DNA of 60,664 nt, filler included, from 4 parts of 4 records of this genome joined end to end with filler, not necessarily neighbours in it; one strand, 5' to 3'; counted from the whole stretch's first letter, positions 12,297-23,856 are shown. The notes: generated by a model from the letters alone, not told the origin. Made by a program: numbers and translations.

Positions 12297-13198
12297 TCAT
12301 TCGTCGACAAGGGCTGTAGGTAGCTGAGGCGCCCCATTCAAGTCAATTGAGCGACCTTGGTTTAGCTCCCGCCCATGCAATACTGCTGTCATTATTTGCG
12401 CATCCACCCATTCCCACACGTGGGTCATATCGCCTTCCCTTGTGAAGAACATCGGGGGATCAAATGGCACACCACCACAATCTACAACCACCCGTTCAAC
12501 ATAGAATACTGCCGATAGGCCAGGATACGAAGGTGAGTTGGCACAAAACGGCTTACCAGGCATTCTCTGGAGCACGTTCACACTGTCGGTCACCCCCAAC
12601 TCCTCCTCAATACAACGCTGTGCTGCAGTCTCAGGATGTTCATCCCGAGTCATTTTTTCGGAGGGGTATGCAAAGCGACGCTTGATCGTTCCATTGCTCT
12701 TCACTTGATGAGTCTCAACAAGTACCTTTCCTTCACGGCCAATCTGCACTTGGGCGACTCTAACCAACCTCTGAACGCTACCCGCCTCGTCGACAACTAG
12801 TGTAGACTCCCCCCTTCGGATCTCCTTAAGCAAATCTACAGGGGACTTGGTCACTCCACATCCCCAAGCACTACAGTCAACGCTCCCTGAGGAGAGGACC
12901 GCCGCTAGCTTCTCCAAAGTGTCAACAGGCGGGACAGATACCGCTTTCCTCAGGCCATCAGTATGCGAAGGGCCACAACTGGGCTCGTGCTTTGGCTTGT
13001 CATGTACTTTCACTTGCTCAACTTCCTTCGCCACGATTTTTGCCTTCGTCAACCACCAGTTCACGTCATCCTGAAAAAGCAACCATCAGAGCTCCGAAGT
13101 CACAACGGCATATTCAACAGCCGCGCTTCGCATCTTACTCTGAGAGCACGGTTGAGCATCTTGCCTAGTCCAGGAACAGCCCCTGACATTAATAACAT
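12297..13198 (-). CDS. Nudix-hydrolase-like protein
   Basis: WGCGVTKSPVDLLKEIRRGESTL...VLVETHQ...PSEKMTRDEHPETAAQRCIEEELG (degenerate Nudix box); one 5' intron ending near 13072; start uncertain (13198 or 13189). Confidence 0.7.
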
Positions 13199-13419
13199 GA
13201 AGAAGCCGCGACGGTTACATCTGACAGCCTCGCTTTAGCGAAATAGGAGCGTTTTCGAAGTCTCTATCGCTGCCCTAACTATATTCGTATCGTTGCTTCT
13301 AGCAGTGGGCTCGGTGTTGGTATAAGCTGGCACCGCATCCGTTATCGTCGCCCACTCATGGGCTGGCTGGTTCGCCCTGAGAGTGGGAGAGGGGCATGTG
13401 ACATGATCTTCCATGCTCA

Positions 13420-14050
13420 TGCGCCGGCGATCACCCCTCGATCGTGACGGGGCACCGGGGCGGCGGGCGGGGTACTAGGCCGTCTGCATGGTCCGGCCCG
13501 GCCGGGCCGCGGGCCGGGCCGGCCACGTCCAGCGAGGGCCCCGGCACCCGGCCCCGCAGGGCCCCGAGGTCCGCGGGCCGGCCGGAGTGAGGAGTCGGCC
13601 ACCCAGCAGTTGCCCAATGCCATCCGAATCATCACGGAATGATCCGCACGCGTGCGGACTCGTGATGCGAATGCGAGCCGGCCCCCGGCCGCGACTGATC
13701 CTGGCATCGCTGCCGGGGGCGGCCCATGCGGAGCTGGAGTCCAAGGCATCGACAGTCCGGCCCGCGGGGCCCATCGCGGCTGTCACACGACAGCGTCAGC
13801 TGGAATTTGAAATTGGCTTGCTGGGCCCGGCCGGGGCGGCCCGGCTCAGGGTGGGCCTGCCAGAGAGAGCGACAGCCTGGCGCACTGGCACGAAGCAGGG
13901 CTTCCGTTCATCCGAGTGTCCCATGTCCCGTCCGGCGGCCCCAACCGGATGGCATGCTCCCGGCGAGCACCCCGAGCCGTTCCGGCCACCTCGGTGAGTG
14001 CGCCAGTTCCAGTGTTCATAGTGAGCCAGTCGCGGCTGAGGCCGGCTGGA
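13420..14050. promoter_or_regulatory. GC-rich intergenic island between divergent genes
   Basis: Extreme GC tract between the Nudix-like (-) and F-box (+) starts. Confidence 0.5.
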
Positions 14051-14247
14051 GTGACTTATCCGTCAAAGTGGACTGCCGTGGTGGTGGCTCTTGGAAGACG
14101 ATGCCAACACCTAATGAACTGGTCCGGCGGCAGAGGCGACCGTAGTGAGCCCCTCCGCCGCTCTTCGTCGTGGGGATTCCTTTTTCGAAATACGAATAAA
14201 GCCTGCAACTTCAGGAGTACACCAATCTCATCAGCTTTTGGTTAGAT

Positions 14248-15321
14248 ATGCCACTTCCATGGGCCTGGACCCCTGGCCAAGTGCAGAACAAGCAAATCTT
14301 CCCAGCAGGTGACCGCGCTACTTTTCAGGTTTCCTTTAGCAACTCGGCGAGTTACCTCCCCAGGAGTGGCTCCCATCAGGTGAAGGTGAAAGTGAAGGAC
14401 CCAGTGTACGATGAGATCATTGAGAGTCCATTGACCTCTCTTCCACAAGAGCTTCTGTGCAAAATTTTGTCTTGGCTTGACCCTTTTGACTTGATCGCTT
14501 GCGCCAAGTGTTGCCGCGAGTTGTATCAGGTCTCTCGAACAGTGTTGTTCCAGTCAATTGTGGACACCAAGAAGGAGTTGCTGAGAATTGCCGATTACTT
14601 ACGTGAGAATGCTGCGATTGATACAATGGACCTAGAGTACGATGATGAGTTCACTTTGATACGTGACTTGAGGTTGGATGGGGGAGGGATGAGCCCAAAT
14701 CATCGGCACATGCTTCTTCAGAACTGGGAAGGTTCAGTTGGACTGCTTGAAAGGGACGGGGTATCCCTCGACAGGTGCCGGGGAAGCGTGACTATACATC
14801 ATCTCGTGGCTCTTTTCACTGCAGTCTTGGCTGATCTCGTTTCGCTGACGGTGGAACCGCCTCTCGGGATGGTGGTGGGAGGGAGAGATGGCATCCCTTG
14901 GGTTAGGCATGTCATGACTATCGTGCGCAATGACTTCTTTGAAGCAGTGTACACCCTTAATCACACAACAACCATCGTTCGCGCTGTGCTATCGCTGCAG
15001 ACCAATCCGGATGGCACAGTGCGGATGGAGCACTCCCGACTACAAAGAGCCTTAGGGGAGCGGCTAGCCCGAGTGCCTCAAAGCTTCTGGAAACGTGCAG
15101 AGGCTTGGTCTCAGAGTGTGGCCGTGACATCTGTCCATAGGGATATGGCACTGATCCTGCTCCATCTCCGGGGTCTGTTCAGTTTGCGGGATTCATCCAC
15201 TGCCCCGCATAGCTTGAGGGCGCATCTAGACAACGAGAAGAAGCTGCGGATATTATCGAGCGATGCGGCCAGGCGAGCGACCAATGAAGCACGTCGTCAT
15301 GCAACAAGTCTGACGCCATAA
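14248..15321 (+). CDS. F-box protein, intronless
   Basis: 357-aa ORF with LTSLPQELLCKILSWLDPFDLIACAKCCRELYQVS. Confidence 0.8.
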   Translation: MPLPWAWTPGQVQNKQIFPAGDRATFQVSFSNSASYLPRSGSHQVKVKVKDPVYDEIIESPLTSLPQELLCKILSWLDPFDLIACAKCCRELYQVSRTVLFQSIVDTKKELLRIADYLRENAAIDTMDLEYDDEFTLIRDLRLDGGGMSPNHRHMLLQNWEGSVGLLERDGVSLDRCRGSVTIHHLVALFTAVLADLVSLTVEPPLGMVVGGRDGIPWVRHVMTIVRNDFFEAVYTLNHTTTIVRAVLSLQTNPDGTVRMEHSRLQRALGERLARVPQSFWKRAEAWSQSVAVTSVHRDMALILLHLRGLFSLRDSSTAPHSLRAHLDNEKKLRILSSDAARRATNEARRHATSLTP

Positions 15322-15385
15322 TCAACACAATTTTTGTTTCCGTTGGATGACGAGTGGAAAACCTTTACAGATACATGGGTTCAAT

Positions 15386-16685
15386 CTAGCAAATGCACAC
15401 GTTACCGCAGTACAACTGCACAAGATCACGGTTGGTATCCAGCTGGTGTTTCAGGAGAGCACTGCTGAGGGTAGCGAGCCTGGTGTTGTTACTGACAATG
15501 TCCGACTCGAAGCTGATAATGTAACGGGGCTATTCAGAAAAATGTTAGTCCTTGCAGTTGACGCTGGAGCGGGGGAAGTACATACGTTCTTGGGAACAAA
15601 GAAATCGAGGATCTTCCTGACGAGTGCGTTTTCGATATTGAGAGAAGACTTCGACTGTACAGTGCGTCAGCATCAACTCTGGTACACGCAACATACAAAC
15701 TTACCTTCAAGTTGATCGAGGTGTAGTTCTGAGAGTAATCGGGGGAATCCACTGTGAGGCCAGGGGGGCACAACACCTTGCTCCATGGCAATGCTTCTCA
15801 CATCCGGTTAATGCATACTCTCCAACTCCTTCTGGACCAATACTTACAGTTGCAAGGCACCTTGATTGGATTGACGTGCCCAATGCGCTGTTTCTTGTGG
15901 TTGAACACCCAGTACTGGGGCACGCGGACGCAGCCACACTTGTCACCCTTGGGCTTGCGAGAAATGGTCTCTGTCAGAACGAAACCATCCTGCAGAGGGA
16001 ACTCTTGGTTTGCGCGGGGCACCAGAGCATCGGTTGCAGTGGTCTGCACAGTCTGAGGGTGGCAACACGCGTTGCGCCCACACGTGAGTGGGCGGTTAAT
16101 CTTAAGAAGTTCGTCGCCCAAAACTTCGTTGCCATCCTTATCCTTAGACACAGACCGGACGTGCCAGGTCAGGCCACGGTGTCCCTGGCAAAAGAGCTTC
16201 TGAGCGGTAGACGACTCTTCTGTGATCTCCATGAACTTGCCCTGGGGACCTGAATATGTTTGAGTACCCAGCAGCACCGTTCCCTCTACGCGCATAACTC
16301 ACCGATGACCTCAAACTCTTCGGGGTGGAAGGTATGGTAGCACGGGATAATGCAGCCCAGAACAAGCTGGCCCACACTTTTGCTCTTCACCACAAGCTCG
16401 TACTTTTGGCCGTAGTCCAGCTCTGGGAGAACGCTGTTGGGGTCCTTAGATTTGAACTCCTGAGACTGAGCCAGCATCAGTTTAGAGTTCCTTTCCTCCA
16501 CATAAAGACTAGCAGCTCCTCACCATTTTCTTTACGGATGACATCTTCTTCACAGGAGGGGGCTTGTTGGCCACCTTTTCCTCCTTTTTCCCATCCTCTT
16601 TCTCAACAACAGGGGTTTCAGCCTTGGGAGTTCCCGCCTCCTCCTGCTTCGTCTCCTCGACGTCTTTCTTATCCTTCTTACCCAT
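15386..16685 (-). CDS. Phospholipid scramblase (PLSCR)-like protein, multi-exon
   Basis: EESSTAQKLFCQGHRGLTWHV and LLKINRPLTCGRNACCHPQTV resemble the PLSCR core with its Cys cluster; charged N-terminus MGKKDKKDVEE. Confidence 0.65.
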
Positions 16686-17876
16686 GGCTTCAGCACACTA
16701 GCGCTTTGGTGGGAATGCGCGGGCCACTCATACTTCAACGTACAACAACAAGAGAGCTTCCAATCATACGCTGCGCCGGACCTCATTAGCTCCACCGGAA
16801 AGAGTGGCTCTGATTATTCCACCGCCCCAGCAAGCTTATCTCGCGTCGTCAGCGACATCCTGGCAAACTGACAGGGAAGACGTGGCATGGATCTGTTTTC
16901 ACGCACCCGGCGTGTTTGGCTCCATTCCGTTCGCTGCGCAAGCCAAGGCGATATGGGGCCATTCATTCTCCCTTCTGTCGGGCCCACAGCAACAACACAG
17001 TCTGCACCAAGATGACGGAGGCTCGGATCACTGAGCCGCCAACTGAACGAGGCTCTGGCACTACTCCGCTCGATGGTCTTCATCATGGCGCTGCTATACC
17101 TAAGGGCTCATGTCGCTTAGCCGGGGCCGGCTGCGCGTGGTGTTGTGGCTCAGCACCCGGCGGGCAGCCGTGCGGTGGTCGTGGTGGGGCTGCATGCCAG
17201 CCGCAGCGGGATCAGCGGACGATGCTGAGAGGGGCTGATTACGCTGGCGACCGTCGATGACGGGAGGCCTGCCCAGCGATTCATCGACAGACCAATTTCG
17301 TTCATGGTGGAGGGTGGTGCGATAAAACACCCTGTCGAGCGCTACATCGTTTTCATGGACTGCACTCCGACTTGCAGCTCGGCCTCTCGCGATCACGTAA
17401 GGGCCACCAACGTCTCAGGGGGGAGGCCCCGCGGCCTCCTCCGGCGGGCCTCCCGGCCAGCTCCAGCCGGCGTGGTCAGCAGCCGCAGCCTGCCCTCTGG
17501 GCAGAGCTATTCGGCACGCCCGCCACACCCAGCGGGCTCGGGCGGTGGTCCGGTCTCGCAGTCCTGCTCAGTACACCTACTGACCGATGCAGGCAAGGGG
17601 AGCAGAGGGCTCTGTTGTTGCTGGAGGTCCGGGCGACCCCTCGTGCAGGGGGTCGTTGTGCACATGCCTCTTGCTTGTGCGGTGCTTTGTTGCGCCGTAG
17701 TTCATTCTGAATACTAGTGAGACAAACCTCTGCGTGCCCCACGTGTCAGGGCGCGCACTTCATGTTAGTCGAGTGCCGTCGCTAATCAGGTGACCTGGGT
17801 ATATCGAGCTTGAACGAGACTATGAATAAATCTGTCCTTTCTTTAAGCAATAAGTGCTTCAAACACTGTTTCCAAC

Positions 17877-19577
17877 ATGGGCAAGAAGTCAAAGTCGACA
17901 GAGAGCATTGAGCTGACCGAATCCAAGAAGGAGGAGGAAGAAGAGGAGAAGAAAGAGACACCTAAGGAAGAAAAGAAAGAGTCTCTTGCTCCCTCTGGCT
18001 TGATTGAAGTGGAAGAGGATGAGGAGCCCAAGAAGAAGAAGAAGCCCGGATTTTTCGCTTGCCTTTGTGGTGGCGCCATGGAACTTGAGGTAGCTCTTTA
18101 CTTTTTAGACTAGTCAGGGAGAAAGTTGTTTCTCACAGTTGGGTTTAACAGGAGGCTGAAATTGGAGAGGCGACTATCGGCGGTACTACCGTCAAGGCCG
18201 ATGGCACCCTTGAGCACGGTGAGAGTTTGTGTACCGGCTGGTGGTTTAGACTGATGTTGGTACGACAGAGGCGAAAGAGGATGACGAGTTCCTCGATGAG
18301 GGCGAGGAAGAGGTTGATAATGTAGACACCTGGGAGGAGGCCGCTGAAGGCATGGATATGGTTGAAGTAGAGCTGGCCTACACCGACGAACTTGCTCAAA
18401 CTCTCCCGACCGATGCTGTAATCAAAATTAACGAGAAGGGCGAGAAGGTTGCTGTCTTGAAGCAGATCGCCAAGATTGATGGGTCTCGCGTATGCCGTCG
18501 CTATCGCCCCCTTCATCCTCGCTTGAGTATGTATTTATCTATTTTCGTCTAGCTGTAGCTTGAGACTTAGTCCGAACGCAGAAATCACCGACATTCACTT
18601 CGGTGCGTTTAAGCTCTACATCAAGAACTTGCCTTTCGCCCTTCTCATGTACTTCCTCTTCATGCTCGGCCTGTGCTTCATTCCATTCTTCAGCTTCTTC
18701 ACTGTTTTCTTCTTTATCGCTGGTGAGTTTATGCTTTTTAGTTTTTTGCAGAAGGGCTGCTTGCTGATATGTGCTGCAGGGTACTACAATGCGTACTTGT
18801 TCACAGCCCAATCGGGAAAGATGGCGCCTTTGTCGCTTTGGTTTGCTCCCTGGAAGCAGGGCCTGATCGGCCGCTATGTCTGGGGCTCCGTGCTCATCCA
18901 TGTTCTTATGTTCTGTTACTACATCCTTCCTGGTGTTGCCTACGGATGGCTTGTTGAGAAGTTCGTGTACCCGGTGCATGATTGCCTGTGGACACAGATG
19001 TACTTCTTCAAGTCATTGGGCCCCGTCCAGGCTTACGTTGCGTCTGCTCGCCTTGTCCGCAAGTCGCGTTTCAGCCTTGCTCCCTTCTTCGCCACCGCCC
19101 CTGGCTCATGCTGCTTGGTAAGTGACCAAGTGGGGTATTTGTCCCCTATTTATGCTGACATTCGCATGTTTGCAGGCTCTTCCCCAGCCTTTCATTGCTC
19201 TTTTCACCCTTGTCGGTGGTATCATCTGGCTTTTCGCCCTTACGCTCATCTCCATTCCTATCTGTGGTATCTGCTTGGTCATGGCCGTCAGTGCCGTTGG
19301 TTTCATGTTCATTGGCGGTGCGATGATGATGAACTACGTCTCCACAGCTAGCGTGTGGATGATTGGGGGTGTCTTCCTCGGTGGTGTCTTCGGTCCCATG
19401 CTGATGGCGGTTCTGTTGTACCTCTACATTGAGCGCGTCCATCGCGGTGAGGGCCGCCCCGATTATCCCATCATCAAGGCTGAGGACACGGAGACCTGGG
19501 ACCTTATTCCTGATACGCCTCCCTACATGGCGCCAAAGAAGGGCTCCGCCAAGATGTTGGATGACAATCAGATTTAA
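17877..19577 (+). CDS. Multi-pass membrane protein with acidic/Lys-rich N-terminus, unknown function
   Basis: ORF pieces at 17877, 18352, 18560 and 19122 are joined by short GT-AG introns; several long hydrophobic segments; stop TAA 19575-19577. Confidence 0.7.
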
Positions 19578-19897
19578 AGCCAATAAACTGAACGGCTCCG
19601 CTCGTCAATGATCAATACACACCAGGCAGAATCCGTGCCCGGCGCGAGTCAGGGCCGGTTTATCACCGCAGTCCGGTTCGGATGACCGCAGTTCAGCCAA
19701 GGTGGGCCTGCCATGTGACGGATGACCCGCGGGGCCGGCGGGCGGCCGGGGGTCCAATCCGCGGTCAGTCCATGCCGTGCATCAGGCAGTCATTCCCGGC
19801 GCGGACTGAACGGCCTCGCGGGTGGCCCAGGCCGCGAGTGGGAGACGGCCGCGCCTGGCGCGCAGGCCCGGCGCTCTTCGGTCAGGTCCGTCCGGTC

Positions 19898-19922
19898 GGG
19901 GGGGGGGGGGGGGGGGGGGGGG
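19898..19922 (+). repeat. G homopolymer (25 nt) at contig end
   Basis: Direct read; follows a GC-rich island at about 19630-19897. Confidence 0.9.
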
Positions 19923-20022
19923 NNNNNNNNNNNNNNNNNNNNNNNNNNNNNNNNNNNNNNNNNNNNTTAATTAATTAANNNNNNNNNNNNNNNNNNNNNN
20001 NNNNNNNNNNNNNNNNNNNNNN
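19923..20022. other. Artificial contig spacer
   Basis: N44-TTAATTAATTAA-N44, stops in all six frames; identical at all three junctions. Confidence 0.98.
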
Positions 20023-20138
20023 TTTCTCGGAAGTGAGGCGCAATATAGAGATCAAGACCGCAGAGTCAAACGAAAAGGCACCCAGGTTTCCCAACCCGAG
20101 TGCCCCTGATAACCGTTTAGCCGATTTTCAATGCAAAA

Positions 20139-22238
20139 TCAGACGCCTGCCCGAATATCTCGCAGGAATTGCTCGACCTGCTGACGCAAGCTTGCAGCCT
20201 GCCCGGTCAGTTCCTCAGCAGCACTTGCAACATCACTTGCAGATTCGCCAACTTTGCCGGTCGATGCCGTCACTTGTCCGATCGTTGACGTAACCTCGGT
20301 CGTGCCCTGTGCCGCCTGCCCGACGTTGCGCGCGATTTCTTCGGTCGCCGCCCCCTGCTGTTCAACAGCGGCCGCAATCGTCGATGCGATTTCGCTGATG
20401 CGACCGATGGTTTCAGTGATCCCGCCAATTGCCTCGACCGCATCCCTGGTTGCCCCCTGAATACCGCCGATCTGACCGGAAATATCGTCTGTTGCACGCG
20501 CGGTCTGACTGGCAAGATTCTTGACCTCATTTGCGACAACTGCAAAGCCCTTGCCGGCATCCCCGGCACGCGCAGCCTCGATTGTCGCATTCAGCGCCAG
20601 AAGATTTGTCTGCGACGCAATATCCTGAATCAAGGTTACAACATCGCCGATCTTTTCCGCCGCATCGGCAAGACCACCGATCAACTGGTTTGTTCTATTG
20701 GCTTCTTCTACGGCATTGCCCGCAATCTCGTTTGATTGCGCAACCTGCGACGAAATTTCACGGATCGACGCAGACAGCTCCTCGGTCGCGGAAGCCACAG
20801 TCTGTACATTATTGGATGCTTCTTCGGCTGCTGCATTCACCGCTGCGGCCTGTGATCGCGTGTCAACAGCGATCTGGTTCATGACCCCGGAAGACGACGA
20901 CAGACGATCCGCAGCATTGCTCACCGAGCCGACCACTCCTCCAACAGAACTTTCAAACGAGTCTGCAAGCTGGTTCAACTGGGTACGGCGCCTTTCCTCG
21001 GCCACATGATCGGCTTTAAGTTTTTCGGCCTCGGCATTGCGAACACGCACGGCATTTTCCCGAAACACCGCAACGGCCTGTGCCATGCGGCCAAACTCGT
21101 TCGAACGGTCGGTATAGGGAATCTCGACATCGACATCATTCTGCGCCAGCGCATTCATCCGTTCGGTCATCCGCAACACCGGACGCCCCAACGCACCGCC
21201 AAGCCAAAAAGCGATAATCGCAACCGCAAGAACCGCAACAGCCGCCACGACGAGGGCGATATAAAGCTGGTTATTTGCCTCTGCCAGAATAGCTTTCATC
21301 GGGATCGCCGTACCCAATGCCCAGTTCGTACCCGTTTTGCCAATCGATATCGGTGTAAAGGTGACATAGTAAGACGCACTATCGGCACCGAGCTTCATTT
21401 CACGGCCAAAAGCCTCACCTTTGCCAATACTTTCCAGGACCGGTGCCAGTGCCGGATCAATATCGCTGATATTCTGGCCAACCCGATCCTTGGCACTGTG
21501 TGCGACAACATAGCCCCCTTCTGAAATCAGGGTAGCCATACCACTCTCGGGCAAGGCAATCTGGTCGATAATGCCCTGCAGCGTTTCAAGCGCCAGATCG
21601 ACGGTTACGCCGCCAATCACCTTACTGCCCGGTTCCCCCTCAAATACCGGCGCACTGATGGTTGTCATTAACACGTCGACATTGTTCACGGGATAGACAT
21701 AAGGTTCGACAATGGTTTCACGTCGTTCGTCACGGGGAACCAACCACCAATCGCCATCCCCCGGCGTTTCAAACCCGATCAGCGGCTCAAACGCGATCTT
21801 GCCCGATGCATCACGATAGAAATAGGGCACAAACCGACCGGCATCATCGCTGCCTGCCACATTGGCGTTGCTGCTATCGGCACCGTCAAAGGCGTTCGGT
21901 TCCCACACCGTTCCACTGCCGACAATTCCGGGATGCTGGCGCAGTAATTCGGAAATGATTTCACCGGCAACTTCGCGGTCAGGCTTACCTGCCGCAACCA
22001 TGCCTTTTAGCGCCGAGGCTGTCGAACGAACGGCTTCCGCCGGAATATTCAATTCCTCCGAAACCGAATTGGCATATCGATAAGCCTGTTCGCGCGCCTG
22101 TTCGACCGATACCTTGTGAATGGCATCAAATGACGAAGATTGCGTAACCAGCAAAACCACCGCAACCGCAGAAAACGCAAGTGCCGCCATCGAAATCAGC
22201 AGCTGAACCTTGACCGAAAGATTTAGAAATCCCTTCAT
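20139..22238 (-). CDS. Methyl-accepting chemotaxis protein (dCache, HAMP, MCP signal domain)
   Basis: Two TM segments flank a periplasmic domain (WEPNAFDG...GRFVPYFYR...EPYVY); signalling hairpin [34 protein letters not shown]. Confidence 0.95.
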   Translation of the reverse strand: MKGFLNLSVKVQLLISMAALAFSAVAVVLLVTQSSSFDAIHKVSVEQAREQAYRYANSVSEELNIPAEAVRSTASALKGMVAAGKPDREVAGEIISELLRQHPGIVGSGTVWEPNAFDGADSSNANVAGSDDAGRFVPYFYRDASGKIAFEPLIGFETPGDGDWWLVPRDERRETIVEPYVYPVNNVDVLMTTISAPVFEGEPGSKVIGGVTVDLALETLQGIIDQIALPESGMATLISEGGYVVAHSAKDRVGQNISDIDPALAPVLESIGKGEAFGREMKLGADSASYYVTFTPISIGKTGTNWALGTAIPMKAILAEANNQLYIALVVAAVAVLAVAIIAFWLGGALGRPVLRMTERMNALAQNDVDVEIPYTDRSNEFGRMAQAVAVFRENAVRVRNAEAEKLKADHVAEERRRTQLNQLADSFESSVGGVVGSVSNAADRLSSSSGVMNQIAVDTRSQAAAVNAAAEEASNNVQTVASATEELSASIREISSQVAQSNEIAGNAVEEANRTNQLIGGLADAAEKIGDVVTLIQDIASQTNLLALNATIEAARAGDAGKGFAVVANEVKNLASQTARATDDISGQIGGIQGATRDAVEAIGGITETIGRISEIASTIAAAVEQQGAATEEIARNVGQAAQGTTEVTSTIGQVTASTGKVGESASDVASAAEELTGQAASLRQQVEQFLRDIRAGV

Positions 22239-22492
22239 ACCCCACCCCAATGCTCAAACATTTGAGAAACCTCTGAACCCCCGTCCGGGTGACCCATCTC
22301 TTATAAGATTGTGTTATGAATCCCAGACTCAAGGATAGGTCGGGAAAACAGGCGATGTCACGGATAATTTTGTAACTACAATTACAAATCGCCTTACATT
22401 ATTACATTTGTCTAAAAAAATTCACACAAAGCCGGTCGTGGCTCACGGGGCAGCACCAAGCTGTCGGCTGAATACTGAAAGCACCCCAAACA

Positions 22493-22522
22493 ACAACACC
22501 CGCCAAAATCGGCGGGTGTTGT
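22493..22522 (-). terminator. Inverted repeat, probable terminator after trmJ
   Basis: ACAACACCCGCC-AAAATC-GGCGGGTGTTGT perfect 12-bp stem, 30 nt past the trmJ stop. Confidence 0.65.
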
Positions 22523-22552
22523 GTACCAATCTGCGCAGAAGCAGACATGCAG

Positions 22553-23344
22553 CTATGGCTTGTGCTTACCGCCCCGCATCGCGACGATCATGCCGCGAAG
22601 TGTCTGAACTTCCTGGTGGGTCAGGTTGGCGCGGTTGAAAATATTGCGGATATTGCGTGCCATATTCGGGCGTTTTGCCTCGACCCGGAAGAAACCGGAA
22701 TTATCCAGTTCCGCCTCGAGATGTTCGAACAAACGATCCAACTCGTCCCGGGTTGCCGGGAAGGTATCGTTCATCATCATCTGGTAATCGGGCACATCGA
22801 CACCGGCCTGCCACCATTCATACCCGATCAGCAGCACAGCCTGCGCAAGGTTAAGCGATGTGAAGCCCGGGTTCAGCGGCACTGTCACGACCGCATCGGC
22901 CATCGAAATATGTTCGTTGCGCACACCGGTGCGTTCCGGCCCGAACATCACGCCGACCTTTTCCCCCTGCGCGACATTGGCGCGCATTTCAGGTGCCAGT
23001 CCCTTTGGGGTAAAAACCGGCTTGATCGCGTCGCGCGTCCGCGCGGTCGTCACATAAACCCGGTTCAGATCCGCAAGCGCATCTTCTTCGCGCTCGAACA
23101 CCTTGGTATTGTCGATGACAATATCAGCCCCCGACGCATTCGCGGTTGCCCTGTCATTGGGCCAGCCATCACGCGGCCGCACAAGGCGCAAGTCAACCAA
23201 ACCGCAATTGAGCATGGCGCGCGCCGCCTTGCCGATATTATCGCCAAGCTGCGGTTCGATCAGGATGATGACAGGCGGATTGGCGATACCGCCGGTTTCG
23301 GGTCTTGCGCCATCCGGCATAGCCGCGTCTGCGACGTCGCTCAT
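22553..23344 (-). CDS. trmJ: tRNA (C32/U32-2'-O)-methyltransferase, TrmJ/LasT SPOUT family
   Basis: PQLGDNIGKAARAMLNCG, FGPERTG, SLNLAQAV motifs. Confidence 0.9.
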   Translation of the reverse strand: MSDVADAAMPDGARPETGGIANPPVIILIEPQLGDNIGKAARAMLNCGLVDLRLVRPRDGWPNDRATANASGADIVIDNTKVFEREEDALADLNRVYVTTARTRDAIKPVFTPKGLAPEMRANVAQGEKVGVMFGPERTGVRNEHISMADAVVTVPLNPGFTSLNLAQAVLLIGYEWWQAGVDVPDYQMMMNDTFPATRDELDRLFEHLEAELDNSGFFRVEAKRPNMARNIRNIFNRANLTHQEVQTLRGMIVAMRGGKHKP

Positions 23345-23458
23345 CGCTTGAATTCTCCGGTCTTTGCATGGGGTAAAGTGCGGGCATGCCCGTCAATATT
23401 GGCGTTTCTTTACCAAAAGCCAATGCACGATGCCAGCACACATTACACGCACGGAAGA

Positions 23459-23504
23459 TGCATTATTTTTGATCATATTTATTTTTATGGTTATTTTTTA
23501 ATCA
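23459..23504. promoter_or_regulatory. Two candidate enhancer-binding-protein (NtrC-like) sites
   Basis: 17-mers TGCATTATTTTTGATCA (23459-23475) and TGGTTATTTTTTAATCA (23488-23504), imperfect palindromes upstream of the sigma54 promoter. Confidence 0.45.
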
Positions 23505-23615
23505 AAAATTGCAGGCTGCATATATGCATTTCGCGCAACAGGCAGCGTCACTAACATCAGTATTATCCTTTATTTCCATAGCATTACCAACATCCAAAGA
23601 CGTATTTCAGGTGAC

Positions 23616-23631
23616 TGGCATATGCATTGCT
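23616..23631 (+). promoter_or_regulatory. sigma54 (-24/-12) promoter
   Basis: TGGCATATGCATTGCT has GG-N10-GC spacing; predicted start near 23642, just before the riboswitch. Confidence 0.8.
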
Positions 23632-23647
23632 TCTGTTTGAGTGTGCA

Positions 23648-23750
23648 GCGCGCCTAGGGTTCCGGTTCCGAAAGGAATGCTGGTCCAAGAGGCGCAAGCC
23701 AGCCAGAGTTTCACAGGCTGGTGACACGGCGGGCCAAAATCCCGGGAGAC
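23648..23750 (+). ncRNA. Guanidine-I (ykkC-yxkD) riboswitch
   Basis: CTAGGGTTCCG...GCTGGTCCAAGAG in P1, P2 CCAGCC/GGCTGG, 3' ACACGGCGGG-CCAAAAT-CCCGGGAGA; upstream of guanidine-linked genes. Confidence 0.93.
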
Positions 23751-23856
23751 AACTGCACAGGTTTGTCGCGCACAAGCCTTCTCCCGGTTTGTGTGCAAGA
23801 GCCTTTCTTGAATTGACTGATCCGAAGTGATCCGCAAAACAAGCAGGAGCGCACAC

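Larger units (their letters stand above)
1..19922. other. Contig A: eukaryotic (probably flagellated protist) genomic DNA
   Basis: Genes broken by short GT-AG introns with CTRAC-like branch points; eukaryote-specific families (AK7, F-box, PWI, scramblase). Confidence 0.95.

Noticed and set aside
13235-13420. Stop-codon reassignment: ORF in frame with the Nudix gene across a TAA
   Set aside because: TAA and TAG clearly end other genes here (AK7, NIT2), apparent internal stops elsewhere are removed by introns, and downstream ATGs are available.
16750-17850. Small gene or snRNA in the 1.1-kb divergent intergenic region
   Set aside because: No convincing exon-intron model or recognisable snRNA motif; cannot be excluded without RNA data.
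19967-19978. TTAATTAATTAA as a biological repeat or insertion site
   Set aside because: Identical, N-flanked and stop-in-six-frames at all three junctions; it is a concatenation linker.
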